Shown: piece after piece, positions 18,246 through 27,049 of the stretch | Layout: each line of letters opens with the position of its first letter | Position numbering within the stretch: position 1 is the stretch's first letter | Made by a program: the position numbers and the translations under genes | Notes under the pieces: model-generated | What the model saw: only the letters and a program-made list of their open reading frames with translations | Database searches by the model: none | Told to the model about the DNA's origin: nothing | Assembly: GCA_017744735.1 (NCBI GenBank) | Contig: JAGIAR010000002.1 | Location: forward strand, 599-64,598 | Length of the DNA stretch: 64,000 nucleotides | Direction of reading: 5' to 3' | DNA from: Novosphingobium sp. | GTDB taxonomy: Bacteria; Pseudomonadota; Alphaproteobacteria; Sphingomonadales; Sphingomonadaceae

Positions 18246-18494
18246 CTACTTCTTCGGCTTGCCCTCGAGCGCGGCCAGCCGCTCGGCCAGCTTCTCGTTC
18301 TCCTCGCGCGCCTTGGCGGCCATTTCCTTGACCGCGTCGAATTCCTCGCGGGTCACGAAATCGAGCCCGCCGAACGCGCCCTTCATCCGCTCGCGCGCCG
18401 CCTCGCGCGCCTCGCGGGTCATCCCCGCGAAGGTGCCGGCGGCGCTGTTCATCAGCTTGACGAAGTCGGAGACCATCGGATTGTCGCTTTGCAT
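18246..18494 (-). CDS. accessory factor UbiK (YqiC/BMFP) family protein
   Basis: ...DFVTREEFDAVKEMAAKAREENEKLAERLAALEGK, a coiled-coil tail typical of the UbiK family. Confidence 0.8.
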   Translation of the reverse strand: MQSDNPMVSDFVKLMNSAAGTFAGMTREAREAARERMKGAFGGLDFVTREEFDAVKEMAAKAREENEKLAERLAALEGKPKK

Positions 18495-18512
18495 GGTGCC
18501 TATATGGTCCGG

Positions 18513-19073
18513 TCAGGAATGAAGTTCAATCCGCTGGACCGCGCCGGAATAGCTGCTGCCGTCCGCATCGCGGTTGAGCTGGAGCAACTGCCAGTTGAGC
18601 GCGGTGGCGAAGCAGATCCACAGGAAATAGGGCACCAGCAGCGCCCCCGCCTGCCAGCGCACCCGCCAGAACAGCGCGAGCGTCAGCAGCACCAGCACAT
18701 CGAGCGCGGCGATCACGTAGAGCGCGCCCGAAATCCGGCGCAGCGCGAAGAACACCGGCGACCAGGCCAGATTGACGAGGAACTGCACCACGAACACCGC
18801 CAGCGCCGGCCCGCGCCCCCGCGCGCCCCAGGCGGCCGCGACCAGCGCCGCGGCGAGTCCGATCATCGCATAGAGGATCGACCAGACGATCCCGAAGGTC
18901 TGCGGAGGGGGATAGAAATCCGGCTTGAGCAGGCTCGCGAACCACGGATTGTCGGGGCCGGAATTGGAAACCATGCCCGACAGGAAGCCGAACAGCACGA
19001 CCACCGGCACGATGAACAGCGCCCAGCGGATGAAACTAGCCCTGAGCTGGGCACGCGACGCGAGGACTGTCAT
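18513..19073 (-). CDS. tspO: TspO/MBR family tryptophan-rich sensory protein
   Basis: Five-TM protein with WFASLLKPDFYPPPQTFGIVWSILYAMIG...NLAWSPVFF...YFLWICFATALN. Confidence 0.9.
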   Translation of the reverse strand: MTVLASRAQLRASFIRWALFIVPVVVLFGFLSGMVSNSGPDNPWFASLLKPDFYPPPQTFGIVWSILYAMIGLAAALVAAAWGARGRGPALAVFVVQFLVNLAWSPVFFALRRISGALYVIAALDVLVLLTLALFWRVRWQAGALLVPYFLWICFATALNWQLLQLNRDADGSSYSGAVQRIELHS

Positions 19074-19164
19074 GCACTCTCCGATTCGGTCGGGCGGATA
19101 TTGGCGGCGGTTGCGGGGCCGGGCAACGGCGCGCGCGGCTTTTCCTCTCCCGAAATGGGAAAGA

Positions 19165-19917
19165 TCACCCCCGCTTTGCGGAAATCAGGAATTCCACATT
19201 GCCTTCGGGCCCGGTGATCGGGCTTTCGACGATCCCCTGAACCGCCCAGCCTCCCAAATCCTTGTCGGCGCCCGTCAGCCAGGCCTCCACCTCGTCGCAC
19301 ACGCGCCGGTGCAGCGCCGGATCGCGCACCACCCCGCCCTTGCCGACTTCGCCCTTGCCGACCTCGAACTGCGGCTTGATCAGCGCGACCACCCGGCATT
19401 GCGGCGCCGCGAGCCGGAGCGGCACTTCCAGCACCTTGCGCAGGGAAATGAAGCTCGCATCGCATACCACCCAGCCGCACGGCCGGTCGATCAGCTCGGG
19501 CGTGAGCAGCCGCGCGCTGGTCTGTTCGAGCACGGTCACGCGCGGATCCTGGCGCAGTTTCCAGGCGAGCTGGTTGGTCCCGGAATCGACCGCGAACACA
19601 TGGGCCGCGCCCTTGCTCAGCAGCACATCGGTGAAGCCCCCGGTCGAACTGCCGATGTCCATCGCGGTCGCCCCTGCGGGATCGAGCCCGAAATGCTCGA
19701 TCGCATGCGCCAGCTTGATCCCCCCGCGGCTCACCCAGGGATGATCGCGCCCGCGCACTTCTATGGCGGCATCCTCGGCGACCGTCTGGCCCGGCTTGGC
19801 GATCTTGGTCTCGCCTGCAAACACCAGCCCGGCCATCACCAGCGCCTGCGCGCGGGTGCGGCTCTCGGCGAGCCCCCGCTCCACCAGCATTTGGTCGATG
19901 CGTTGCTTTTTACCCAT
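19165..19917 (-). CDS. tlyA: TlyA family rRNA (cytidine-2'-O)-methyltransferase
   Basis: ATG 19917. S4-like start MGKKQRIDQMLVERGLAESRTRAQALVMAG, SAM motif DIGSSTGGFTDVLL, then ...DASFISL. Confidence 0.9.
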   Translation of the reverse strand: MGKKQRIDQMLVERGLAESRTRAQALVMAGLVFAGETKIAKPGQTVAEDAAIEVRGRDHPWVSRGGIKLAHAIEHFGLDPAGATAMDIGSSTGGFTDVLLSKGAAHVFAVDSGTNQLAWKLRQDPRVTVLEQTSARLLTPELIDRPCGWVVCDASFISLRKVLEVPLRLAAPQCRVVALIKPQFEVGKGEVGKGGVVRDPALHRRVCDEVEAWLTGADKDLGGWAVQGIVESPITGPEGNVEFLISAKRG

Positions 19918-19981
19918 GAGGAGTGGCGATAGCGACGCGGAGCGGGTTGAGCCAGCACCGGCTTGCCGCCATACGGGGGCG

Positions 19982-20536
19982 ATGCCGTATCGTCTGCTTC
20001 CCGCATTGCTGCTCACCGCCGCGCTCGGCGCCTGCGTGCCCAAGGCCGCTCCGCCGCCGCCCGCGCCCCGCCCGATCCCCGCGCCTGCGCCGGCTCCCTT
20101 GCCGACGCCGACTCCGGCGCCCGCCCCGCCGCCGAGCTATGCCAACTGGATGGATGCGCCGCGCACGCCCGGCGACTGGTTCTACAAGCGGATGGGGAAC
20201 GCGACCTACGCGGTCTACGGCGCCAGCGACCGCGATTTCGTGTTCGTGATGCGCTGCGACCTTGCCGCCCGCACGATCGCGCTCGGCCGGGTCAGCGCGC
20301 AGGCCGCGGCGCGCCCGCTGCGCATCCGCACCGAAACCGCCGAGCGGACCCTCACCGCCGTGCCGCGCCAGGGCTCGATCGAAACGCTGCTGGCGGTCGA
20401 TCTCGCCGCGCGCGACCCGCTGCTGGACGCGATGGCGCTGAGCAAGGGGCGTTTCGCCGTGGAAGCCGCGGGCGAGACCCCGCTATACGTCCCGAGCTGG
20501 CCCGAGGTCAGCCGCGTGATCGAGGATTGCCGTTAA
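19982..20536 (+). CDS. hypothetical lipoprotein with Pro-rich linker
   Basis: ATG 19982. Lipobox LTAALGAC, then PKAAPPPPAPRPIPAPAPAPLPTPTPAPAPPPS, then a globular domain. Confidence 0.7.
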   Translation: MPYRLLPALLLTAALGACVPKAAPPPPAPRPIPAPAPAPLPTPTPAPAPPPSYANWMDAPRTPGDWFYKRMGNATYAVYGASDRDFVFVMRCDLAARTIALGRVSAQAAARPLRIRTETAERTLTAVPRQGSIETLLAVDLAARDPLLDAMALSKGRFAVEAAGETPLYVPSWPEVSRVIEDCR

Positions 20537-20795
20537 CTAACGATAGTATTCCGGAGGGGCCGCAATCGCCCTTCGCGATTCGCGCACCAGCCGCTCGGCA
20601 CCGACGAACCGGACTTCTCCAGTTCGCCCGATTTCCACGAAACGTGCGCTATCCACGCCCATTCGCTTGGTTCTTTCCCTTTACCGCAAATACCGCGCGC
20701 ACCGCCGCAGGCGCTTTGGCGCGGACCGCCCGGACCGGCCAGAACAGAGGGGGCGTTTGTTACCTTACGATAGTATCTCACCAAAGGATTTTACC

Positions 20796-20981
20796 ATGGG
20801 ACTGACCTTGAAGCACCTCACTGCCGGCACTGCCGCTCTTGCGCTGGCCGCACCCTTCGCGCTGGGCATGGCGCAGGCGCAGGAAGCCCCCGCACCGGCG
20901 CCGACCGCAACCCCCACGCCGACCCCGACTCCGACGGAAACCCCGACCGAGACCCCGGCTCCCGCCCCATCGGGCTCCTGA
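20796..20981 (+). CDS. small secreted Thr/Pro-rich protein
   Basis: AAAGGA SD 8 nt before ATG 20796. Signal peptide MGLTLKHLTAGTAALALAAPFALGMAQA, then EAPAPAPTATPTPTPTPTETPTETPAPAPSGS. A terminator at 21044-21078 follows. Confidence 0.5.
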   Translation: MGLTLKHLTAGTAALALAAPFALGMAQAQEAPAPAPTATPTPTPTPTETPTETPAPAPSGS

Positions 20982-21043
20982 CCCGCTTTTTCGAGCGGGA
21001 TCTCATCCCTGCGTCCGGGCGGCTGCCCCCTCCCGGTCCCTGC

Positions 21044-21078
21044 AAGCCCGCGCTCCCAAGGCGCGGGCTTGTCTGTTT
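21044..21078 (+). terminator. intrinsic terminator after the small secreted-protein gene
   Basis: aagcccgcgc-tcccaag-gcgcgggctt (10-bp stem) followed by gtctgttt. Confidence 0.7.
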
Positions 21079-21111
21079 GAAGGCCCTTTCGGGGCGCCGG
21101 CGAAAGACAGG

Positions 21112-21137
21112 AAAAAGGCCCGCGCTTGGCGCAGGCC
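21112..21137 (-). terminator. orphan minus-strand intrinsic terminator
   Basis: The minus strand reads ggcctgcgc-caa-gcgcgggcc (8 of 9 pairs) followed by TTTTT. There is no T-run on the plus strand. Confidence 0.6.
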
Positions 21138-21377
21138 CGAAGCATTCGATTCTGACGGGGAAAAACATTTTTGCAAGACTTGTGTTGCGGCGCATCATGA
21201 CTCACATATTGGTCAGCCGCTCTAAACGGCGACTTGGCTTCAACAGCGCGAAAGGAGGTGACCGATGTCTCATGGTTCAGCAGGGAGGTCGGTACAGTTC
21301 CGCACGGAGCATTATCGTCAGTTCTAAATCGACGATAAAGGTTTCGTGAGCGGTCCCTTTCCGGCCGCTGACCATGC

Positions 21378-21420
21378 GAAAGGCCGTTCCCGGTTAGCCG
21401 GGGCGGCCTTTCACATTTCT
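21378..21420 (+). terminator. strong nested hairpin, possible plus-strand terminator
   Basis: gaaaggccg-tt-cccgg-ttag-ccggg-g-cggcctttc followed by acatttct. Confidence 0.45.
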
Positions 21421-21584
21421 GAAATCCTCATTGTTGCGAAGAAGGCCGCGCCGGCCGGCACGCGGGCCGCAAATCCGCAGAAATCCTAACATTTGCAACC
21501 GTCACAGACGCAACTTCACGGGCACTTGCCTAAGTTGCAATTTTCGGTTTAACCGCTCGGCTTAACGTTAGTGAGCGAAGTGTC

Positions 21585-22682
21585 ATGGCCGATTTCCCCG
21601 CCGCAGAATTCACCCGGGAGCAGCATCCGGCGCCCACCGCCAATGCGGAGCGCGAGGCCGTCCTCGCCAATCCGGGCTTCGGCAAGGTGTTTTCCGACCA
21701 CATGGTGTCGATCGACTGGCACGAGGGGATCGGCTGGCACAACGCCCAGGTCGGCCCGCGCAAGCCGCTGGTGCTCGATCCGGCCGCGGCCGTGCTGCAT
21801 TATGCGCAGGAGATCTTCGAGGGGCTCAAGGCCTATCGCCTGGCCGACGGCGGCATCTCGCTGTTCCGCCCCGATCGCAACGCGCATCGCTTCAATTCCT
21901 CGGCCGAGCGGCTGGCGATGCCGCACCTGCCCGAAGAGACCTTCATCGGCGCGGTGCGCGAGCTGGTGCTGGCAGACCGCGACTGGTTCCCGAACGTCGA
22001 GGGCGGCTCGCTCTACCTGCGCCCGTTCATGTTCGCTTCGGAAGCCTTCCTCGGCGTCCGCCCGGCCAAGGAATACAAGTTCCTGGTGATCGCCAGCCCG
22101 GCGGGCAACTACTTCAAGTCGGGCGCCCCGGCGGTCTCGATCTGGGTTTCGCAGGATTACAACCGCGCAGGCCCCGGGGGCACCGGTGCGGCCAAGTGCG
22201 GCGGCAATTACGCCGCCAGCCTGGTCCCCCAGGCAGAGGCGATCGCGCATGGGCACGACCAGGTCGTGTTCCTCGACACCGCCGAGCGCAAGTGGATCGA
22301 GGAACTGGGCGGGATGAACCTGTTCTTCGTGTTCGACGACGGCACGATGATCACGCCCCCGCTCGGCGGCACGATCCTGCCCGGGATCACCCGCGACAGC
22401 CTGATGACCCTCGCCCGCGAGGAAGGTCTGTCGGTGCACGAGCAGCTGTATTCGATCGATCAGTGGCGCGACGACGCGCGCAGCGGCAAGCTGGTCGAGA
22501 CCTTCGCCTGCGGCACCGCCGCGGTGGTCACCCCGGTCGGCCATGTCGCCGGGCACGACGGCGAGTTCACGATCGGCTCGGGCGGCCCCGGCCAGCTGAC
22601 CACCAAATTGCGCGAGAAGCTGGTCGGCATCCAGCGCGGCACCGTGCCCGACACCCACGGCTGGGTGACCCGGATCGCGTGA
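21585..22682 (+). CDS. ilvE: branched-chain amino acid aminotransferase
   Basis: 365-aa class IV aminotransferase with [23 protein letters not shown], ...[12 protein letters not shown]..., [10 protein letters not shown]. Confidence 0.95.
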   Translation: MADFPAAEFTREQHPAPTANAEREAVLANPGFGKVFSDHMVSIDWHEGIGWHNAQVGPRKPLVLDPAAAVLHYAQEIFEGLKAYRLADGGISLFRPDRNAHRFNSSAERLAMPHLPEETFIGAVRELVLADRDWFPNVEGGSLYLRPFMFASEAFLGVRPAKEYKFLVIASPAGNYFKSGAPAVSIWVSQDYNRAGPGGTGAAKCGGNYAASLVPQAEAIAHGHDQVVFLDTAERKWIEELGGMNLFFVFDDGTMITPPLGGTILPGITRDSLMTLAREEGLSVHEQLYSIDQWRDDARSGKLVETFACGTAAVVTPVGHVAGHDGEFTIGSGGPGQLTTKLREKLVGIQRGTVPDTHGWVTRIA

Positions 22683-23614
22683 TGGACCTGCCGGTCTGCG
22701 TTGCAGCCCTCTACCAGTTCGCGCCCTTCCCCGATCCCGCCGCGCTGCGCGGGCCGCTGCTCGATCTGTGCGAGGCGCAGGGGATCAGGGGCACGCTGCT
22801 GCTGGCGCGCGAGGGGATCAACGGCACCGTTGCCGGTATGGATGAAGCGATTGCCGCGCTCGTCGGGCATATCCGCATGCTGCCGGGCTGCGGCGAGCTG
22901 GAGGTCAAATACTCGCGCGCTCCCGCAATGCCGTTCCACCGGATGAAGGTGCGGCTCAAGCGCGAGATCGTGACCATGGGCCAGCCCGACATCGATCCGC
23001 TCGCCAGCGCCGGCACCTATGTCGCGCCGCAGGACTGGAACGCGCTGATCGCCGATCCCGCCACGATCGTGATCGACACCCGCAACGACTACGAGGTCGC
23101 GGTGGGCAGGTTCAGGGGCGCGATCGATCCCGAGACCGCCAGCTTCCGCGACTTCCCCGCGTGGTTCCGCGGCGAGCGCGAGCGGCTGCTCGGGCCAGGT
23201 GATGCCCCCAAAGTCGCCATGTACTGCACCGGCGGGATCCGCTGCGAGAAGGCGACCGCCTTTCTCAAGGCCGAGGGGATCGAGGATGTGTTCCATCTCA
23301 AGGGCGGCATCCTGAAGTATCTCGAGGAGGTACCGGCGGCCGAGAGCCTGTGGGACGGCGAATGCTTCGTGTTCGACCAGCGCGTGACGGTCGCCCACGG
23401 TCTCGCGCCCGGCAGCTACGATCTGTGCCACGCCTGCCGCCGCCCGGTGAGCGCAGCGGACAAGGCCTCAGACCTCTATGCCGAGGGCGTCAGCTGCCCC
23501 GCCTGCCACGCCGAGCGCAGCGACGGCCAGCGCGCCGGCTATGCCGAGCGTCAGCGGCAGGAAACCCTCGCCGGGGAACGCGGCGAGGCGCATGTCGGGG
23601 CGAAGTTCGGCTAG
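22682..23614 (+). CDS. trhO: rhodanese-related tRNA uridine(34) hydroxylase (YceA/TrhO family)
   Basis: ATG 22682 overlaps the ilvE stop (TGATG). [10 protein letters not shown]...REGINGT..., active-site loop [12 protein letters not shown], and a C-terminal Cys-rich tail. Confidence 0.85.
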   Translation: MDLPVCVAALYQFAPFPDPAALRGPLLDLCEAQGIRGTLLLAREGINGTVAGMDEAIAALVGHIRMLPGCGELEVKYSRAPAMPFHRMKVRLKREIVTMGQPDIDPLASAGTYVAPQDWNALIADPATIVIDTRNDYEVAVGRFRGAIDPETASFRDFPAWFRGERERLLGPGDAPKVAMYCTGGIRCEKATAFLKAEGIEDVFHLKGGILKYLEEVPAAESLWDGECFVFDQRVTVAHGLAPGSYDLCHACRRPVSAADKASDLYAEGVSCPACHAERSDGQRAGYAERQRQETLAGERGEAHVGAKFG

Positions 23615-24774
23615 AGCGCCTCGCCCGCCGCGCGGCCGCTCGCCCAGGCCCACTGGAAATTGTAGCCGCCGAGCCAGCCGGTGACGTCCACCGCCTCGCC
23701 CACCGCGTAAAGCCCCGGAACCTTCTTCGCTTCCATCGTCCTCGACGACAGCTCGCCGGTGTCGATCCCCCCCGCGGTCACCTCGGCCTTGGCCAGCCCC
23801 TCGCTGCCGTTGGGAGTGAAGCGCCAGTCGGCCAGCCGCGCTTCAGCCCCGGCCAGCGCCTTGTCGGACAGGTTGGACAATTCGCGCTCCAGCCCGAGCT
23901 GCTCGGCCAGCGTCGCGGCCAGCCGGTCGGGAAGGAACTCGCCCAGCACGCCGCGCAGGGTCGCGCGCGGGCGATTGCGCTTGGCTTCGATCAGCCAGCC
24001 GCGCGCCGCATCGGGCAGGAAGTCGATCCCGACCTGCTCGCCCCGGCGCCAGTAGGACGAGACCTGCAGGATCGCCGGGCCCGACAGGCCGCGGTGGGTG
24101 AACAGCGCCGCCTCGCGGAAGCGTGCCTTGCCGCAACGCGCGACCACCTCCGCCGCGACCCCCGAAAGCTCGCGGAACAGCACCTCGTCCCCGCCGAGCG
24201 TCAGCGGCACCAGCGCCGGGCGCGGCTCGACCAGCTTGAGGCCGAACCGGCGGGCGAGGTCGTAGGCGAAGCCGGTCGCGCCCATCTTGGGGATCGAGGG
24301 GCCGCCGGTCGCGATCACCAGCGCCGGGGCGCTGGCCCCGGCGACATGGAACAGCCCGTCGGAATGCGAGACCGCGCCGGTATCCACGCCGCAGCGCAGC
24401 TCGACGCCGCCCTTCGCGCATTCCTCCAGCAGCATATCGACGATCTGCCGCGCCGGGCCGTCGCAGAACAATTGTCCCAGCGTCTTCTCGTGCCACGCGA
24501 TCCCGTAGGCCTCGACCAGCGCGAGGAAATCCTGCGGCGAATAGCGCCCGAGCGCCGATTTCGCGAAATGCGGGTTCTGCGACAGGTAGCGGTCCGCCGC
24601 GGTGTGGAGATTGGTGAAATTGCACCGCCCGCCGCCCGAGATCAGGATCTTCTTCCCCGGCGCCGCGGCCTTTTCCAGCACCAGCACGCGCTTGCCGCGC
24701 TGACCGGCGGTGGCGGCAGCCATCAGCCCGGCGGCGCCGGCTCCCAGCACGATCGCGTCGAATGGTTCGGGCAT
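23611..24774 (-). CDS. NAD(P)/FAD-dependent oxidoreductase, BaiN/RdsA (HI0933-like) family
   Basis: [15 protein letters not shown]...[14 protein letters not shown]...[23 protein letters not shown]. Confidence 0.9.
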   Translation of the reverse strand: MPEPFDAIVLGAGAAGLMAAATAGQRGKRVLVLEKAAAPGKKILISGGGRCNFTNLHTAADRYLSQNPHFAKSALGRYSPQDFLALVEAYGIAWHEKTLGQLFCDGPARQIVDMLLEECAKGGVELRCGVDTGAVSHSDGLFHVAGASAPALVIATGGPSIPKMGATGFAYDLARRFGLKLVEPRPALVPLTLGGDEVLFRELSGVAAEVVARCGKARFREAALFTHRGLSGPAILQVSSYWRRGEQVGIDFLPDAARGWLIEAKRNRPRATLRGVLGEFLPDRLAATLAEQLGLERELSNLSDKALAGAEARLADWRFTPNGSEGLAKAEVTAGGIDTGELSSRTMEAKKVPGLYAVGEAVDVTGWLGGYNFQWAWASGRAAGEAL

Positions 24775-24802
24775 CGGGGCGCGGTAGACGTTGCGCTCTG
24801 TC

Positions 24803-24895
24803 CCGTCATCCTGAACTTGTTTCAGGATCTATTTCGCCATTCAGGCGAGCGGTCTCGGTCGCACGATGGATCCTGAAACAAGTTCAGGATGACGG
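24803..24895. repeat. REP/MITE-like palindromic element (GTCATCCTGAACTTGTTTCAGGATC type)
   Basis: Perfect 27-nt inverted arms ccgtcatcctgaacttgtttcaggatc (24803-24829) and gatcctgaaacaagttcaggatgacgg (24869-24895). Each arm is itself a small hairpin. From memory, this is a widespread alphaproteobacterial intergenic repeat type. Confidence 0.85.
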
Positions 24896-25525
24896 TGGGA
24901 AAGGATCGAGCGCAATCACACTCCGCGTCAAGCGCTCCACCTCGCCCATGTCGTGGCTGACGTAGAGCACCGGCAGTGCCAGCTCGTCCCGGATGCGTTC
25001 GACCACCTGCAGGATGTCGTCCGCGCGCGCGGCGTCGAGCGAGGTCAGCGGTTCGTCCATCAGCAGGAATTTCGGCGCCGAGAGCAACGCGCGGCCGATC
25101 GCGACCCGCCGCGCCTCGCCGCCCGAAAGCGTGCCCGGCATCCGGTCGAGCAGATGGGCGATGCCGAGGAACGCGACCGCCTCGCCCTGCCCGATCCAGC
25201 GTTCCTCGGGCGGATGCAGTTTTGCGCCATAGGCAAGGTTTGCGGCAACCTTGAGATGCGGGAACAGCCGGCCCGACTGGAACACATAGCCCGCGCGCCG
25301 GGCTTCGGGCTCGAGGTCGATCCCGGCGGCGGAATCGAACAGCACCGTGCCCCCCACCGCGATCCGCCCGCTGTCGGGCCGGATCAGCCCGGCGATGCAG
25401 TTGAGCGTGGTGGTCTTGCCCACCCCCGAGGGACCGACCAGCGCGGTCAGCGGCGCATCGCTGCGCGCGTCGAGCGCGATCGCGCGGTCTCCGATCCGGT
25501 GCCGCAGCGCAATCTCAAAGGACAT
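24884..25525 (-). CDS. modC: molybdate ABC transporter ATP-binding protein (short form, no TOBE domain)
   Basis: Walker A GPSGVGKTT, signature LSGGEARRVAIGRAL, Walker B FLLMDEP. It sits in the modABC context. The last codons PSS-stop lie inside the repeat arm. Confidence 0.85.
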   Translation of the reverse strand: MSFEIALRHRIGDRAIALDARSDAPLTALVGPSGVGKTTTLNCIAGLIRPDSGRIAVGGTVLFDSAAGIDLEPEARRAGYVFQSGRLFPHLKVAANLAYGAKLHPPEERWIGQGEAVAFLGIAHLLDRMPGTLSGGEARRVAIGRALLSAPKFLLMDEPLTSLDAARADDILQVVERIRDELALPVLYVSHDMGEVERLTRSVIALDPFPPSS

Positions 25526-26207
25526 GACCGTGCCTCGTACCCGATCGCCGCGCCAGCGCCTCGCTCGCGATCAAGGCGCCCAGCGAGAGCACCACCGAGA
25601 TCGCCGCGAGGCGCGCCACCGCCCCCTCGCTCCCCGGCACCTGCAGCCCGGTGTAGATCGCCAGCGGCAGTGTCCGCGTCTCGCCCGGAATGTTCGAGGC
25701 GAAGGTGATGGTCGCCCCGAATTCGCCGATCGAGCGGGCAAAGCCGAGCACCGCGCCGGCCAGTATGCCGGGCATCGACAGCGGCAGGGTGATCGTGCGG
25801 AAGGCATGGAACCGCCCCGCCCCCAGCGTGCGCGCGGCCTCCACCAGCCGCCGGTCGACCGTCTCGATCGACAGGCGCATCGCCCGCACCATCAACGGCA
25901 GCGCCATCACCCCGGCCGCCAGCGCCGCCCCGGTCCAGCGGAACACCAGCGAGACCCCGAACCAGCTTTCCAGCCATCCGCCGACCGGCCCGTTGCGCCC
26001 GAACAGGATCAGCAGCACCCAGCCGGTCACCACCGGCGGCAGCACCAGCGGCAGGTGCACCGCCGCGTCGAGCAGCAGCATCCCGGGGAAGCGCCGCCGG
26101 GCCAGCACCCAGGCCAGCGCATAGGCCAGCGGCAGGGTCAGCGCCATCGCCACCAGGCTGACCTTCAACGACAGGCCGACGATCGCCCATTCGCCGGCGG
26201 TCAGCAT
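25515..26207 (-). CDS. modB: molybdate ABC transporter permease
   Basis: ATG 26207. EAARTLGAGRFHAFRTITLPL (EAA loop). Overlaps modC by 11 nt. Confidence 0.9.
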   Translation of the reverse strand: MLTAGEWAIVGLSLKVSLVAMALTLPLAYALAWVLARRRFPGMLLLDAAVHLPLVLPPVVTGWVLLILFGRNGPVGGWLESWFGVSLVFRWTGAALAAGVMALPLMVRAMRLSIETVDRRLVEAARTLGAGRFHAFRTITLPLSMPGILAGAVLGFARSIGEFGATITFASNIPGETRTLPLAIYTGLQVPGSEGAVARLAAISVVLSLGALIASEALARRSGTRHGHVL

Positions 26208-26220
26208 GGCGGCTGCCGGC

Positions 26221-27003
26221 TCATAGCGGCTGCGAGAATCCGTGCCGCGCGAAAATCGCCTGCGCCGCCTCGCCATGGAGGAATTCGAGGAACGGCTGCG
26301 CGTCCGCGCTCTTGGCCGCCTTCAGCACCGCAGCCGGATAGAGGATCGGCGGATGGCTGCTGTCGGGAAAGGTCGCGACCACCCGCACCTTATCGCTCGC
26401 CTCGGCGTCGCTGCCGTAGACGATCCCGAGCGGGGCCTCCCCCCGCTCGACCAGTGCCAGGGCGGCACGGACGTTCTCGCCCGGAGCAAGCCGGTCTTCG
26501 GCGAATTCCCACAGCCGCAGGTTGAGCAACGCCGCCTTGCCGTATTTGCCCGCCGGCACCGCGGCCGGATCGGCGATCGACAGCGGGCCCTTGCCCAGCG
26601 CGGTGAAGAAGGCGCTGCGGTCTGCAAGGTCGATGTTGGCCGCAGTCTTCGCCGGGGCGATCAGCACCAGCGTGTTGCCGAGCAGGTCGTCGCGCGTGGC
26701 CGAATCGACCAGCCCCGCCTTCTCCAGCGTGTCCATCCAGTCCTCGTCGGCCGAGATGAACAGGTCGGCGGGCGCGCCGCTTTCCGCCTGCCGGGCGAGC
26801 GCCGAGGAAGCGGCATAGACCAGCACCGGCTTGGGATGGCCCTGCTTCGCCCAGGCGGCGGCCGCCTCGTCCAGCGCGCCCTGCAGGCTCGCCGCGGCCA
26901 GCACGGTCGGAGCCGGGCCGCCCGGAGCCTTCTCCGCCCCCGAGCAGGCGGCCAGCGCCATGGCGGCAAGCAGCGGCAGGAAGCGGGACAGCGCGCGGAA
27001 CAT
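26221..27003 (-). CDS. modA: molybdate ABC transporter substrate-binding protein
   Basis: Lipoprotein-like signal LLAAMALAACSG, then ...VLAAASLQGALDE..., ADLFISADEDWMD, VPAGKYGKAAL. Confidence 0.9.
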   Translation of the reverse strand: MFRALSRFLPLLAAMALAACSGAEKAPGGPAPTVLAAASLQGALDEAAAAWAKQGHPKPVLVYAASSALARQAESGAPADLFISADEDWMDTLEKAGLVDSATRDDLLGNTLVLIAPAKTAANIDLADRSAFFTALGKGPLSIADPAAVPAGKYGKAALLNLRLWEFAEDRLAPGENVRAALALVERGEAPLGIVYGSDAEASDKVRVVATFPDSSHPPILYPAAVLKAAKSADAQPFLEFLHGEAAQAIFARHGFSQPL

Positions 27004-27023
27004 CGGGAGCCTTTCGAGCAGAG

Positions 27024-27049
27024 CTATACCCCCGTGTATATATCACGGG
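27024..27049. promoter_or_regulatory. candidate Mo-box / ModE-type operator in the modA-modE divergent region
   Basis: CTATAC followed by a perfect palindrome CCCGTG-TATATAT-CACGGG (27031-27049), 28-46 nt upstream of the modA ATG. Confidence 0.4.

Noticed and set aside
20765-21205. 146-aa minus-strand ORF in the ilvE upstream gap.
   Set aside because: It reads straight through three terminator hairpins and runs antisense to the Thr/Pro-rich gene. It has no SD and an implausible composition.
21519-21540. Sigma-54 promoter (GGCAC...TTGCA) upstream of ilvE.
   Set aside because: The GG-to-GC spacing is about 16 nt instead of the required 12, so it does not fit the -24/-12 geometry.
24884-25525. 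modC as a truncated pseudogene caused by the repeat insertion.
   Set aside because: All ABC ATPase motifs are intact and no TOBE-coding remnant fits in the 109 nt downstream. Short ModC forms are plausible in this lineage. I kept only the narrower observation that the stop codon lies in the repeat.
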